Below are positions 40,779 through 54,246 of a stretch of 64,000 nucleotides of DNA, piece after piece. The position numbers and the translations under genes were made by a program. The DNA comes from Enoplolaimus lenunculus (Eukaryota). How positions within the stretch are numbered: position 1 is the stretch's first letter; each line of letters opens with the position of its first letter. The stretch is from NCBI GenBank assembly GCA_030248215.1, contig JASANG010003130.1, positions 62,001 to 126,000 on the forward strand, given 5' to 3'. Under the pieces are notes generated by a model. The model was not told the origin of the DNA. It worked only from the letters and a program-made list of their open reading frames with translations, and did no database searches.

Positions 40779-42426
40779 GCTAAGACTAGCCCGTAGTGGT
40801 GTAAAGAATAATTTGCATTGGTGGTCCAACATTAAAAACGACTAAAACACTAATTTTTACAACAATCTTTTGGCGAATCATTTACGATAAAACTTTACCT
40901 AATAAAAATGAACACCAGTTGGATGACCGTAGTGCCCCTAATCTTTTCTCGGCCGCACATTCCCCCTCTCGCTGACATCTTCGATTTGTAAATTCCTGCT
41001 AACCCGTATATCTGGCTTGAATCTGGTTCAAATCGGTTTTGAATAAAGTTTTAAATTTAAACCAATACAGCTTTTTTTCTTGGTTGTGGCCTGAAAGTCT
41101 ATGTCACGCATTGAAATTAACTGTTACAATAGCATTATATCAACGAATCTAATTTTCAACAACTTCAGTTGCGCAACTTTAGGATTCGATAATGACCGAA
41201 CTTGTTCCCGAGGGTTTTTTTATTCTGAAACCGGAGGCATAGCGGGGCACACGCAGCCAGGTACGCTAAGGTTAGTTTAGCTCCTTTTAGAAAAATGGTG
41301 ATCTTCTTGATAAGCTTCAATCTCGGTTGTAAGTCAACTGAACTTTGAAAATGCTCGATAATATTATCAGTCCCTCGCAATTGAGTCGGCTACGGGTATA
41401 AATCAAATCAAAATGTTGTAAAAACAGCATTAGGGTACGAATGGTTAGTTCCTTTGAGCTGTGCCATAGCATCTGTTTATGATTTAATAGCGTCGTTAGC
41501 GTCACGGTCAGAAATTCAGAGCTTCAGCCGGTCAGAACTTGAGAGGTTGAGCCGGCCAATAAATTATGTTTCAATTCAACTGATTTTTCAGTAGAAGGGC
41601 TATGCGATTCGCCGTGTTTATTTTAACACACCATTCAACTTGGAATATTTTTACAAGAATTATAGTTGTATTTAACTCTTTTGAACTGTTTATAAAACTG
41701 AAACGGTATTCTTAAAAGTGCTTTCCAGACGATAATGTATACAGTTTAGGTTTCGGTAAATTTAAATTGTAACCAAATTTTGAAAACTTCAACACTTAAA
41801 CTCTTCCAACAAATTGAATCCCACGACCCTGGGTTTAATAGTCTTTTATGCTCTATCATAGCTGAACCTCAAAGCGGAATGGAATCCAGATAGAAGTTTT
41901 ACATGCTTAATAAAAACATTTCCACTTGAGTACATGTGTCAGATAATTATTAAATGTTAGCCGGTCCAACGGTACATGATTCTGCCAGGCCGCTATTCAG
42001 GTCAAAACAATGGACGGCTAAACATTTGTGGCCATACAAACGTTTTTACTGAATTATAGCAAGGTAGAAAATTCTCTAGGCGGGGCCAAAATTCTTCCAA
42101 GGGGATGAGCCCTCCTGCCTCCCCATGGCTGCGGGCCCGGACTCTGCGATCCAAAAATGTACCAGGCTTGCCTGAAAGAACATGAAACTAAATTAGTCTC
42201 TGAAAAAATGAACGCCTGATAACGCAATTTTTCTCAACACAACCTCGATTATTTAGCCAGAACTATTTTTACTGGCACTGACGCAAAAAAAAACAATAAC
42301 AGAACATGATTTTGCAATTTTCTTCGCGCGGCAAACGCGTATAAACTGGTTTACTGCATCTTCACGGCAAAGTCTTAACCAACTATTCGATTGAATTTAA
42401 CATTAGTTCAAACAAGTGTGGATTAT

Positions 42427-42722
42427 GACAAGAGTGTGCAACTTTTGGGGTCCCGCATGGTACAAAATATACCACCGGGTGTTGCGTTTTTGACCGACCC
42501 CTCATTGTTTGGAGGAAGGTCGCTATCACATGGATATCCCTAAATTAAACGATAAGGGCACTATGTTTGACGCCGCATACATAAAGTGCCATGGTTCGCA
42601 CCGGCTGTACCCCCTTCTGAACAAAGGGGGTAGGGCAAAAATGCAACGCATGCCGGGTACATTCTTTCCTACACAGAGTGCACCCAGTTGCACATTCTTA
42701 TATAACGAGTCATCGACTCTTG
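42427..42722 (+). mobile_element. Family G element (Helentron/DINE-like)
   Basis: AAGAGTGTGCAACT ... AGTTGCACATTCTT, followed by the hairpin GAGTC-ATC-GACTC and TTT. Confidence 0.6.
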
Positions 42723-45661
42723 GTTTAAGTAATGCGTTTTTGTTAAACCGTTTTCAATACAGTATAATTTCGTTTGTATTAACATTAGATCCGGCACAGC
42801 AACTTTACTAATTATGTAAACCTAACACAGCGGTAAATAAACTTTAAAACGAGCGGTTAATGCTTGAATCAAATATTTCATGAAAAGCAAGTTTTCGGGA
42901 AGACACAATGAATCATTCGTTGAAAAGAAATTCATATAAATGACGGTGGAGCAATGGAGCTAGCATAGTTATCTGAATATCCTTTAGGCAGTTTAGACAT
43001 CTAATTATAGGCGAAAACCTTCAAATTTCAAAATGGAAGCCATATTTGAATTCGAAATATGCACAACTATCGTAACGTTCTACAGTGGCGTACCGAGAAA
43101 TTTTGATTGCAGGGGTGTGTCAGGCCCGTACCTTTGGTTTCTGCTTAAAAACAAACTTAGAATCCTTTAGCAGTACGGATCTCAATTTTTGATGACATTT
43201 ATGAGGTTTGTCACGCTCCCCTGGTGGTTGGCTTCTAGGCCAATTTCAGAGTTCTCATTTTTAGTTCCTTAAAATTTCAGCTTGGGTATCAGGACCAAGT
43301 CCAGTTGTTTGCCACGTGATCACGACTTGAAAAAATATCGTGAGCAAAAAGCTAGACACTACTGTCTTTTACTCTAATACAGAACTTCAGGTTGAAGTCT
43401 TTGTGAGGCAATTTTTGTACGATATAAAAATATTTCCAGGCTCTAAAAATTTCTTAATTCGTGAAGCGCGGTGCATAAACCACCAAACCGAATACCCAGC
43501 CACTGGTCTAGAGATTCCGTAATTGCAAAGCTGTGCACACCTTTTTATTACTAGTTTTAGTTTTGAGCTGGTCATGTTTGGGAATTTGACTTTGAAGTTT
43601 ACCTTTGAACAGCGCTGCAGTCAAAATGTTTTCGAAAATTCAGCAGTGAAAAACATCGCGAGTGAAGCGAGCTAGAAACTATACGTAACTTTCCTATTTA
43701 ACGTAAATTATGACGCAAGTACTGATTCGATTGGGGGGGCCGCGGCTCCTCTTCGCCCCCCCCCCGAGTACACACCGACGTTCTATAATTTTTAATTATA
43801 CTGGCCTAAGTGATGTGAAAAGTTGTATATTTTACGTTTTGTGGATTCGTAACATTTTACAGATTGAAAAACTTCAAGTTTTGGAGCATGTCAAACAACC
43901 ATAATTAAATAGATTTTATCTGAAATACCGTCGCTGTTTCGAAAACTTGTACCAACGAAAAATTTGAGGTACCAGTTAAGCAATAATTTGAAATAAAATT
44001 TTTCAAAATTTAACCATGAAATGCATCAAAGGAATTTTATTGTGAATTGAATAGTCAACTGGACGTTTATTGCCCAAATTCAAACGACCTAACCAATGAA
44101 GACCCTCATAAATATATTCCCTTAATTCGTCCCCTAGTATTCCACCCTGGCAGAGTCGGCTTCACATTTGGTCACAAAGATTTATCTTTGATGGTACATA
44201 AACTTAAATTAATTTTTGATATTGCAGCAACAGTTTTTTCAACTTCATTTTTAGGCTGATATAAAGTACAAATATTATTGCATAATTTGACACATTAAAA
44301 TATCTCTTTTTATACAGATATTTCGATCGCAATCTCCAGAAATCATTCGCCCGTAGGGTATGCTCGCTTCAGAGTTATTTAATCGTTACTGATGGTTTTC
44401 CAGCAAGTGTCTCTCTCCTTCGAGGACGCACTAAAAATTGTCCGTTTCTGTTGCCATGTCCTTTACATCATCTACGATCAACGTGTATTCACGGTGTGAT
44501 AAAAAGATTTCCCTCAAGAGACGAGAAATAGGCATCGTGACATGCTTTGAGACAGCCATCTGTAGCTTTAGAGAGTCCAGCTAAATTTACTCGGTCGTTA
44601 AGAATGCTGGCGAAAACCTTTTAAATGAGATTATACTCACCCGAAATCAAATCCTAACTACTCGAGTGACTATTATTCTTTTTTAGACGAGCAACAACAA
44701 CAACAATTGCACATTGGTTCAAAGATTTTGAACCATAAAGCCCGATTCAAGAGTTATTAAGTTGATAGAATCAAACCTATAGAGGGCCACGCTCTAGGGT
44801 GTTTACAGGGTTTAATTTCACAAAAGTAGGTATAATCTCCATTGTTTTAAACTTTAGAATCGGGGCAAGCTATTCTAAACCGTGTAAAACAGTCATTTTT
44901 CGTCTTAAAAAATTTCGAAGCGAAACATCCTATTCCACCCTCTCTCTCTTTGTATCATAATACAGCATTTTTTCTGAGTCCATAATAGATTGAAAGAAAA
45001 CAAAATGTTTTCAATTACAAATATATCTTCATCTTAATACAGCCCATAAATATGTTTATTTCTCTTGTCTTGAAATTTCACGAAAGATATAGCCCCCCGC
45101 GAAACTGACGCCTCTTGCGCCATGACCAAAATATTATTTTTCCAACGACTTATATACAGAAAGAAAGCTAAATCCCTCATTCATTTACTGTGTTATACTT
45201 TAATCTTAGTACCAATGGTGCCTAAGACTGCTTGAAAGTCATTCATTATAGAAGTTCTATTTTCCTACATATATATGTGTGTTCGTGTGTTTGTGTGTGT
45301 GTCGTTTTAGAGTTGACGTATTTATACCGCGGGCTGTTGCTGATTTTAAAGCACTCTGTTTAATATTTCATTCATAGGTTTCTATACTAGTCAACCTGGG
45401 CAGTAGAAGTGTCTGGGTAACCGAAGACAGAAAGCTAAACAACCTACGGACAAAGTTTGTTACTTGCAAGACTTTACAGTTGAGGCGTTTTCGGTTGATG
45501 ACGTGCATTAGCCAACAGAGTGCAACCGCAGCTTCGTTGACGGAGGTTCCGGCCAGAGGCGTACGCAGGATTTGATTTCTGGAAGGATAACAACATCAAA
45601 ATGTTTTCTTTTTGCTAGCGAACGTAGCAAACGAGAATTATGACCTCTGCAGGTTACTCTA

Positions 45662-46332
45662 CACTGAAAACTTCAGTGAGTTGATTTTGACTCAGAATGA
45701 GTTATAGCACTCACTCTGAGTTAGGAATATCAGAATTCAGAGTTCTGATTCCATTCAACTCATTCTGAGTTAATTAATCAACGCAGCTATAATCAGCTCA
45801 ACTCAGAGTTGGAATCAACTCAACTCATATTAATTTAATGTTTAATAATATTAATTCAAAAATAACTAACTCACCAGTTGAGTTGATTAATCAACTCATT
45901 ATAATTTACAGTGTATGGTTTGTAATAGTGTTTTTAGTGTTCCATAAATTTCGGAGATAATACATTCTGATACTCACGGTATATTTCCCTAGATACCGAA
46001 ATTTTGTAGTGAAATTTTTCGTATTTTATAGTGCATTTTTTGTGTCTTTTGAGAAATTTATGAGGTATATATTCCCCACACTGTGAATTCCAATGAGTTA
46101 ATTAATCAACTCAGAGAGCGCATTAGTCATTTTTGGTTTTTTCTGAGTTTAATAACAGGAAACATCAACTCGCTCTGAGCTGTTTTAATTCCCCGTACAT
46201 TGATTATTTAACTCAGAATGAGTTCAATCAATTCTGAATTCTGAATTCTGAGAAAGACCTAATTCAGAGCTCAGACTTCTGAGTGCATTCTACTCATTCT
46301 GAGTTAAAATTAACTCACTGGATTTTACAGTG
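45662..46332. mobile_element. Two oppositely oriented CACTG...CAGTG MITEs (45662-45913, 46079-46332)
   Basis: Each is bounded by CACTG/CAGTG and built from GAGTT/AACTC sub-repeats. Fragment at ~27270-27395. Confidence 0.7.
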
Positions 46333-46691
46333 TATATACTCTCTTGTAAATATTTCTGGTTCCGCCAATTTTGATATTACATTTTTTCAGTTGAAAACTA
46401 CCAAACGGACGATTAGAACAATTATTGAAATCCTTGCTTTGCGTTAAAGGTTAATGAATTCAAAACTTTAACTACGTAATTTTGTTCAACTTCCAGCTCC
46501 ATCTCCGGCCGTTGTACGTTTGGTAGGCTGGTGGTAAAAGAAAAGTGTATAATCTTTTTCAAAATTATAACAAACCAACAAAACCTCTGACTGTGGAACA
46601 ACAGTTGAAGATTTTATAAGCAAAATCACGCCTTCCAAGTTAATGGTTAAACGTTCAATGAAAATAATCTTACACCTTTAAGCAGCATACT

Positions 46692-46855
46692 TGGACCCGT
46701 AGCCAAAGGGGGGGCAGAGGAGGGGGCTCAGGCTCCCTGGAAAATTTTGCCCCCCCCTAGAAAGTTTTCAACCTTGCTTGTAACTCATTAAAACCTTTGA
46801 ATGCCCATCCTGAAAATTGTTAGCCCCCTAGCACGGTGAGCTGGCTACGGGCCTG
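46692..46855. mobile_element. hAT-like MITE family A
   Basis: TSD agcatact/agcgtact. Further copies at about 23525, 24120, 34755, 42060, 48200, 52625, 56343, 56903, 57986, 58250, 63016 and 63518. Confidence 0.85.
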
Positions 46856-49800
46856 AGCGTACTGTCATACTCAGAATTTTAAGGTTAAAAGCTGTAAGCA
46901 ACAAATTTTGAGCTAAAGTTGTTTTCTTAAAACTACATTATTTTCGTAATTTTTAAACTAAATTCAAATCTTATTGGCTTGTTAAAATTTGCTTAACCGG
47001 TCTGACGCAACCAACCACGGCTGTCAATTCTATAAACGTCATATTATTTTGAGTATAACCGTCCTCAAACTTTAATTACGAAGCTTTGCGTTTTAGATTT
47101 CTAATCTCCTGCTGTATTCATGTGAAGCCAAAAGTCGTATTTTATAGAATATTGGCGTATGTACATAAAGCTTTAGTTTTGAAGACGCTGTATAATGGAC
47201 CAATTGTACATTTATTTCTAATTCATGTTGATCTGACACTATTATGATAGTAAAATAAAACATCGAAAACCTAAAATTACGGCTTCTGGGTCGTTTGTTG
47301 TGATTCTATTTTTAGCAAAATACGTGTCTCTGGCGATTTCCTTAATAATGGTAAACATTTGTTTCAAAAAAAGATAATACTATCATTTGAACCAACTTCT
47401 TGATGCTGAACAACGCGTGCACTCATACAAGCCAACCCGACATCTCTTAAGTCGCATCGTAAAGAAGTTCGCTATTATTAGTCAAATCTGTTGGTCTTTT
47501 AGGTTTTCCCGCGCTTTTTGCTATTATTTCAACTAGCTATGTAAGCACCAGTAAAGCGAGTGAGTGCGCACGCTTTCTAAGCATTATAGAGAGCGTTCAA
47601 AATCGCCCGACCAATATGGGCATGACAAAACTCGCTTATTCAGAAGAATTTTAGCTCGTTGTATCCTATTGTACGGTTTGTTATCAAGAAAGACGAGTGA
47701 GGGTAAGGGCAGAGATATAGAGAACTGGTTCAAGACTTATTTTATTACCACCACGCGTTCATTTGTACGCGAAACAGAACTTGTTTTTTTGTATTTGGAA
47801 ACAGTCTTCATCATGATTGACATCGACAGACAGGGTTTTTGGCCATCGTTCGAGGATTATGCGGCCGGGTTTGATTGTTTAAACGAGGTTCTAGCTTTGA
47901 TGTTTTGTAGTTTCAAGGCCTACAATCTGTTGAAAAAAATGGACTCTCAATGAAGTGTTTCAGTAGTTGAACGTTCGGCCTAATTTAAGGTTTTCAAAAG
48001 CGTTTTGATTTTGTTCTTCTTGTTAGCACATTTCTATGGCTATTTTTTTATTTACAGCAGGAACAATTCAGGTTTGTTGACCATAACCTGTCTAGAGTTT
48101 GCGAACATTGTGTGGTTTCGGCTAATTTTCAATTTGAAATATTATTCGAAGCTTTAGCTGCAGTCGATGCACTGCAGACGCCTTAACGCATGGGAAACGT
48201 TTCTGTAGCCAGCTCAGCGTGCCAGAAAGGGGTCAAAATACTTTTAGAAGGGGCATGCTGTCGATTTTACAAGACTTACATGCGGAGCTAAAAACTTTTC
48301 TAGGGAGAAGGCGCTAGTTTTTTTCTTCAGGGAGGGGGGTCGGGAATTACCCACTGGTTTTCTTGTGACGAGGGTCACGGCGAGGAAGAGACGACTGCGG
48401 CTTAACCAGGATTTCGTTTCAGGGAAGCTATGATCTCGATTAATGTTTTTGCGACAGAGGAATTCAAGTGAAAATTTGACCTTTTCAACGTGCATTAGAC
48501 TGTAAAACGGCATTTTTTAGCCACCTTGTAAATTTCTGCGAATATATCATTCTTATTTCACCTTGTTTATACACACCTGAGCCAGAAAAATGAGAATATT
48601 TACAACCGGAAGAATGTTCCACTGAGCCACATCTTGAGCGTTCTTTTCTATAATTTTTGATTTAGTGCAAGAAATACTGTATTTTGACACAATACGAATA
48701 TTCTACCTCAGTCATTTCACTATCACGGACGATTTCATTAAAAATTCGCATTGGCCTGTCGGCAGGGTCGTAGCAAGAGATGTGTCAAAGTGGACGCGTG
48801 CGTCCCTCCCAATCCAGAATTTCTGGATTGTAAGATAGAAGCACCGCTCTTTTAAATAAGCGTTAATTAATTGCCAAATTTATTTCAAAATCAACTATTT
48901 CAGTTAGTTTTGTGTTGATGGCGGAATCAAAATATGCGGCTACTCATCTACTTGTCGAATACTTTCAATTAGCCAATGCGCTAAAATAGACAGCTCTGAA
49001 TTAATGAGTATTTTTAGGTTTGAGGATATTTGTCGAAGACTTCAAGTGATACAAACACGGTTGGATTAATTTAAAATAGCACAAACCTTGACAATTTTGA
49101 CGCATGGCATATGCGCTATTAGATACAGTAGCATATTGTGTATTAATGTTGCTAATGTAATGACAGACAAAAATTTAATTATTATAATGAATGAGTTTTA
49201 TAGTATTTTTATCAGAGTCGTAAACAAGGTTTTGACCTGGCATAAGGGAAATATATAACCTGAAATTCACGGGGAAACTTTTAAAAATGCTTGAAATAAT
49301 TTTCGTTCGCCACGCTCACTAGCAATAAACTGTTGAATGAGGTTACACCCTGTCCAGCAACCGTGCATCTGGCCCTTGATTTTGAAACCATGCCGAGCCG
49401 TACAAGACCGTATACAACTCGAGGGATGTAGGTAATATATTTCTTTGCGAAATTTCTGGAAGAAGAAAGAGACAAAAAACAGTTTAAAAATACTTTATCA
49501 TTTTTTGATACACTGGTTGATTAAATATCTTTTGGCGTAAAAGTTATTCTCTTCCCGAACTGAAATCTTGCACACGTTCATGAAACCGTATTTATTTTAA
49601 GTATAAAAAATGTTTCAACGACAACCTGACTACTGTCACATTTTTATGCGTCAGTTTGAACGAAAAATCATTGATGCAATTTTTTTTGGTAAAACGAAAC
49701 AAAATTTCCGCATGAGCGGAGATGTTTTGAGATTATTGATCAACAACAACAATAGCCTGAATATGTAAATTAAAAATGTAATTATTCTCTTAATGTACAT

Positions 49801-52800
49801 CAATTAGACACCTGGACGACGCGGTCTGAAAACGAACACTAACCAAGATTTCATTTCGAAAGGGTGCAATTATAATGGAATTAACGGGTAACAATGTCCC
49901 AAATAAACGCTCCCCCAAAAATAACATTTATTTGAACCATACGTTGCGAAAGCAAGTGATCCTTCATTTCTTTCATTCACAAAGCAAACCGAAAAGAACC
50001 AATCAAAAACCAGAATCTCTCCGCCAAAATTCCAAACCTACCAATTGGCTATCAGGATACTTTCAATAAACCTCACAGTCTTCATTTGCATCCCTCTATA
50101 CAACTTCACATAATTGTAATCCATAATACAGCGGATGCAGAGGGGGGTGGGCGTACGCCCCCTGGCTTCAGAAATTTTTTTGATGATTAAATGGGAAGAT
50201 CCCTCTCTTCCGTACAATTTTTCCTCCCTCTCAGAAAATTTTCGCATATATAACATACAATAAAAATTGCGTTTCATAATTTTGGCCGGCCCGCCGCACA
50301 CTCGTCAGAAATTGGTGCATCCGCCTCTGTTATTTCCGTTCGGATGTAGCCTGCAAATTATATTTGTACCTCGATTATTTTAAAACGTAACTGTTCAAGT
50401 ATTTCTTTACTTATCACTCCATACGATTCTTTACATCTTTTTTAAATCATTTGAAATGTTCCGTCCACGCTTCCTGACTATAGACACCCTTGATTCTGTA
50501 AGAAAGAACTAGCATTCACCCGTATAATCACTGGTGAATCTAGCAAATAAGTTTGGTTTGAGCTGGTTTCAGGCAAACCCTTCAAATGTTTGATTTTATT
50601 AACAATATAAAGAAATCTTTACCCACTTAAATACTCTTCCAAACAGGTGCGCATAAGTGGATGTAGGTGCGTGTCTTCAGTTGGGTTAAAGAATTCTTTA
50701 TTTAGGCACAGGTAAATAGTATGAAAATTAATAAATTTGTTGCTGTGGCAGCATATTTTTAACTTTCTTCACTTTGTCGCACTTGCACGGCCGAACGCAA
50801 TATATACTGGCCGCGCTTATAAAGATGATTTTGAAAATTTTCAAAAAAAGGTTTTGACATTTTTAATTGAGTCCCGAAACATAGGTGAGGCAAGTTGAAT
50901 ATTAAATTTATAACGAAAAATTGCTTCCAATTATATTTGTCGGCGTATTTTTGCCACATTCTACAAAATATACGTTGTTATTGCAATTCAGTAATTAAAT
51001 TTGATTACCGGTATATGTTGCATAATGCTTGAACAAAAATTTGTTCCAGATGTAAACTGGGCTGTCCCGAACGCACAATTATTGCACAGGACAGCCACAA
51101 CGACAACGGCTGTGGTACACTTTCCTCGCTGTTTAAGGTTGTAGCTTAGACTTCTTCTTGGTCTTAGACTTATGATGGAATAGGCAAAGGCTTTGGCAAA
51201 GGTTTGGGCTTAGGATTACAAAACTTTTTCAACAGAGGGCCAAAAACAAAATTACTAATTGGTGTTCAACTGAGGCAGGGCTCGGAGAAGAAACGTCCTG
51301 GTGAAATTTGCGCTAGGCCGGCTTTTGACGCGGGTTTCGGCGTGAGGTAAAAATGCAGGCTGAATTTTCCGGGGCAAACATTTGGCTGAGGGAAATTTAG
51401 CCTGCAACACAGGATTTCGAAAGTATAATATTGTGAGTTCTAACCGATATTGAGGAGCTGTGCCTCAATCTAACATTGGTGGAGGGCAAGTGCCCCATTG
51501 CCCGCCAAGTTTCGACGCCTATATTTTTCAAAACCTAAATCTAAGCTTAATTTTGAGCTTAAGCCCAAGCCAGGGGGGTTATATTTAGACAAGCTTGAAA
51601 AACATATGTAACGCAAAATTTTCTCTAGTAGTTATTTGGGTTCCTATTCCTTTTAGCTGGCATCGCGCAGTTGTCAACTGAAAACAACACGTGTTCGAGA
51701 TATGTGCCTCCTTACTCCCCTGCACCGGTAGAATTCTATTTAAACCCTGTATAGTTTATTGGCCGATTCAAGGCTAACTCTTGGTATAAGATATCATAGT
51801 ATCGGATCCAGAAATTTCTGGTGGGTAAGGATACGTACAGTTTGTGTTCCGAAGGTTTACAGCATCAAAGCGAGTTTTTAGCAATATTTTTATATTTTAT
51901 GGTAGGCTAAACTGCGCTAAAGGCACAAAAATTATGAATTCGAGGCTTCAAAATATGTTCAACTGTTCCGCTACAAAACTCATTGTGAATTTGAGATTAA
52001 AATTTGGTCTTCGTCCCTGAATCCGCCAGTTGTAGACAGTAACGTGGCACGCAAGCGTAGTGCATGAGAACCAAGACGTGTTTTCATCGCTAATTCCATT
52101 AATTTGGATCGGGCCACTCTGATGGGGCACGTATTAAAACAATATATATGTAAATCTGAGTAACTGAGAATTACAACGAAAGAATACCGAAAGAATTTCG
52201 GGAACGAAGCGAACGTGAAACCCGACAATAATGATTCGAACAAATCAAAAGTTCGATGGTTCGATTGGTTTAAAATTTTGTCAGGAGCCTTTTGAGTGCA
52301 AGGAGCCACCATTGTGAACGTACAGAGCGTGCTATCGCGGCAATTTCAAAGATACAACACATATCTTCTCAATTTTTAAGGGTATAGCTATGTATATTAC
52401 AGAAGCTATTTAATGATTCGATCATTCAGTTGTGGTCACGGCCGAAAAGTAAATGTTTGAAGGACTTTGGTCTTGATACAGCCGTACCGACTGTAAAGTA
52501 TAGCTTATTCTTTGTTGTACACGTAAAAGCTGACAGCATGATTTATTTCGAAAACCACAGCCTCCAAAGTTGGCCTCCAATTACTTTTTTATTGAAGTTG
52601 CTAAATTAATCCACTCGGTTGGTAGTGGCCCGTACCCAACGGGGCAGGGAGGGCTCAGTCCCCTCTGAAAATTATCTCCCCCCGCCATAAAATTTCCAAC
52701 CTTGCTTGTAATTCAACGAAATCTTTTGTATGCTTCTCGTAGATATTTATAGCCCCCTATCAAGATGACGTGGCTACAGGCCTGGCTTGGTAAAATGTAT

Positions 52801-53263
52801 GCCTTATTAAGCTGTCACCGTGATTTATTTCGTATACTGCAATCTTGAGCGAAGTCTTGCCCGTATCTTGCATCTAAGTATCAAGCGAAACAACGTGCAC
52901 ATTGATAAAATATTTGTATCTGTACACGAACATAACTAATATTTCATTTAGAGACCGCATTAACCTCGTGTAATTGTGTTTCCAAGCGAGAAACGCGAGC
53001 AAGAAAACATATTCTACCTCTAGAATCCAGCGGGTTATTCTTAAAGCCTTCACAAGCCGCGATTTTGATTCTTTAAAGTTTTCAAGACAAAATTGGTTCA
53101 ACCTCCTTCCTGTTTTACACCTCTGACTTTTTACAGATGTTGCTCAGCTAACGCCTGTTGCGGTAATTTCTGCGTTGTTCAAGTTGACATCATTCATTTG
53201 GGAAATCCACTATTACTATTCTGTACGGCGCTCTTCGCAATTTATCCACTGACGTGTTGGATC

Positions 53264-53576
53264 CAATGGCGGATCCATGAGGGTCACCCCGGCCGTGTGC
53301 CCCCCAACAGCATATCGGCAAAATTTATATAGTGTCTATTGCTGGTCTTCGCTGTTTATTTCTCTGTCTTATACGCAATAGTATAAGCACGCTTTAAAGT
53401 TTCGAACTCACCTTTATTTGGCCCTGGAGTCATTTATGCGCTACAATTAGGGATAATAGACATTTTCGGACTCTAACAAGGGTTTAACGACTCTACCCGC
53501 CACGGACTCTTATTAGGGATACGGACTCCTGTGAAATTTTGCCCCCCCCCATTTTGAGATCCTGGATCCGCCACTG
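53264..53576. mobile_element. hAT-like MITE (family C termini) carrying a family D fragment
   Basis: TIR CAATGGCGGATCCA/TGGATCCGCCACTG. Perfect TSD gttggatc. Confidence 0.85.
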
Positions 53577-53665
53577 GTTGGATCCAATTCTTATACTTGC
53601 TCTGTAGTTGTCCACTGAAAAATTAAACTGCATGGGCACCAAAAAATTTCAGGAATACCATGCAA

Positions 53666-54246
53666 CCAGGGTGCAAATCGGAACCGAATTCTACCGGAAT
53701 CGGAACAGGATATTTACACCGGATTTGGAACGGGAAACTTATATCGGAATCGGAACTGTAAATCTTCAAAGCCCACAAATTTTTACATACAGAGTTTTGC
53801 AATCGCTCTGCAAAAAATGGTGAGTGAAATTGACTCATTGCGAAGTAGACTTTTACGCACTACACCAACAGAGTCAAAATTTGCCTCTTTTGACTCAGTT
53901 GTGTAGTCCGGAAAAGCCTATTTCGCAGAGAGTCAATTTGACTCACCATTTCTTGCAGTGTAGGATGCCCTAAATCAATATTCTGTTTGAGATTGCAAGT
54001 TATTCATGTTTGTATGATAATTTCCATGACGTATATACGAAATGAGGCTGGAAATTGATTATAAACACCGTTTGCTATAAAACTTAACACAACTGCAGCC
54101 AATTTTCTTGCGTAATTGCAATAATATATACAGATTTGAAACGATGAACAATTACGATTCAGATTCCGGTTTTACCTGCAATCGGAATCGGAATCGGATT
54201 TCGATCGCAATTCTATAGTAGGATCCGCCATTCCGGTTGCGCTTTG
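53666..54246. mobile_element. ATCGGA-repeat MITE-like element with a nested family E palindrome (53806-53960)
   Basis: CAGGGTGCAAATCGGAA ... TTCCGGTTGCGCTTTG ends, with ATCGGA arrays near both ends. Confidence 0.55.

Noticed and set aside
46391..46450. TTTTTTCAG candidate exon
   Set aside because: All three frames hit a stop codon before a good donor site.
47564..47953. 129-aa ORF in the long intron
   Set aside because: GTG start, no recognisable domain, and no splice signals that fit the gene model.
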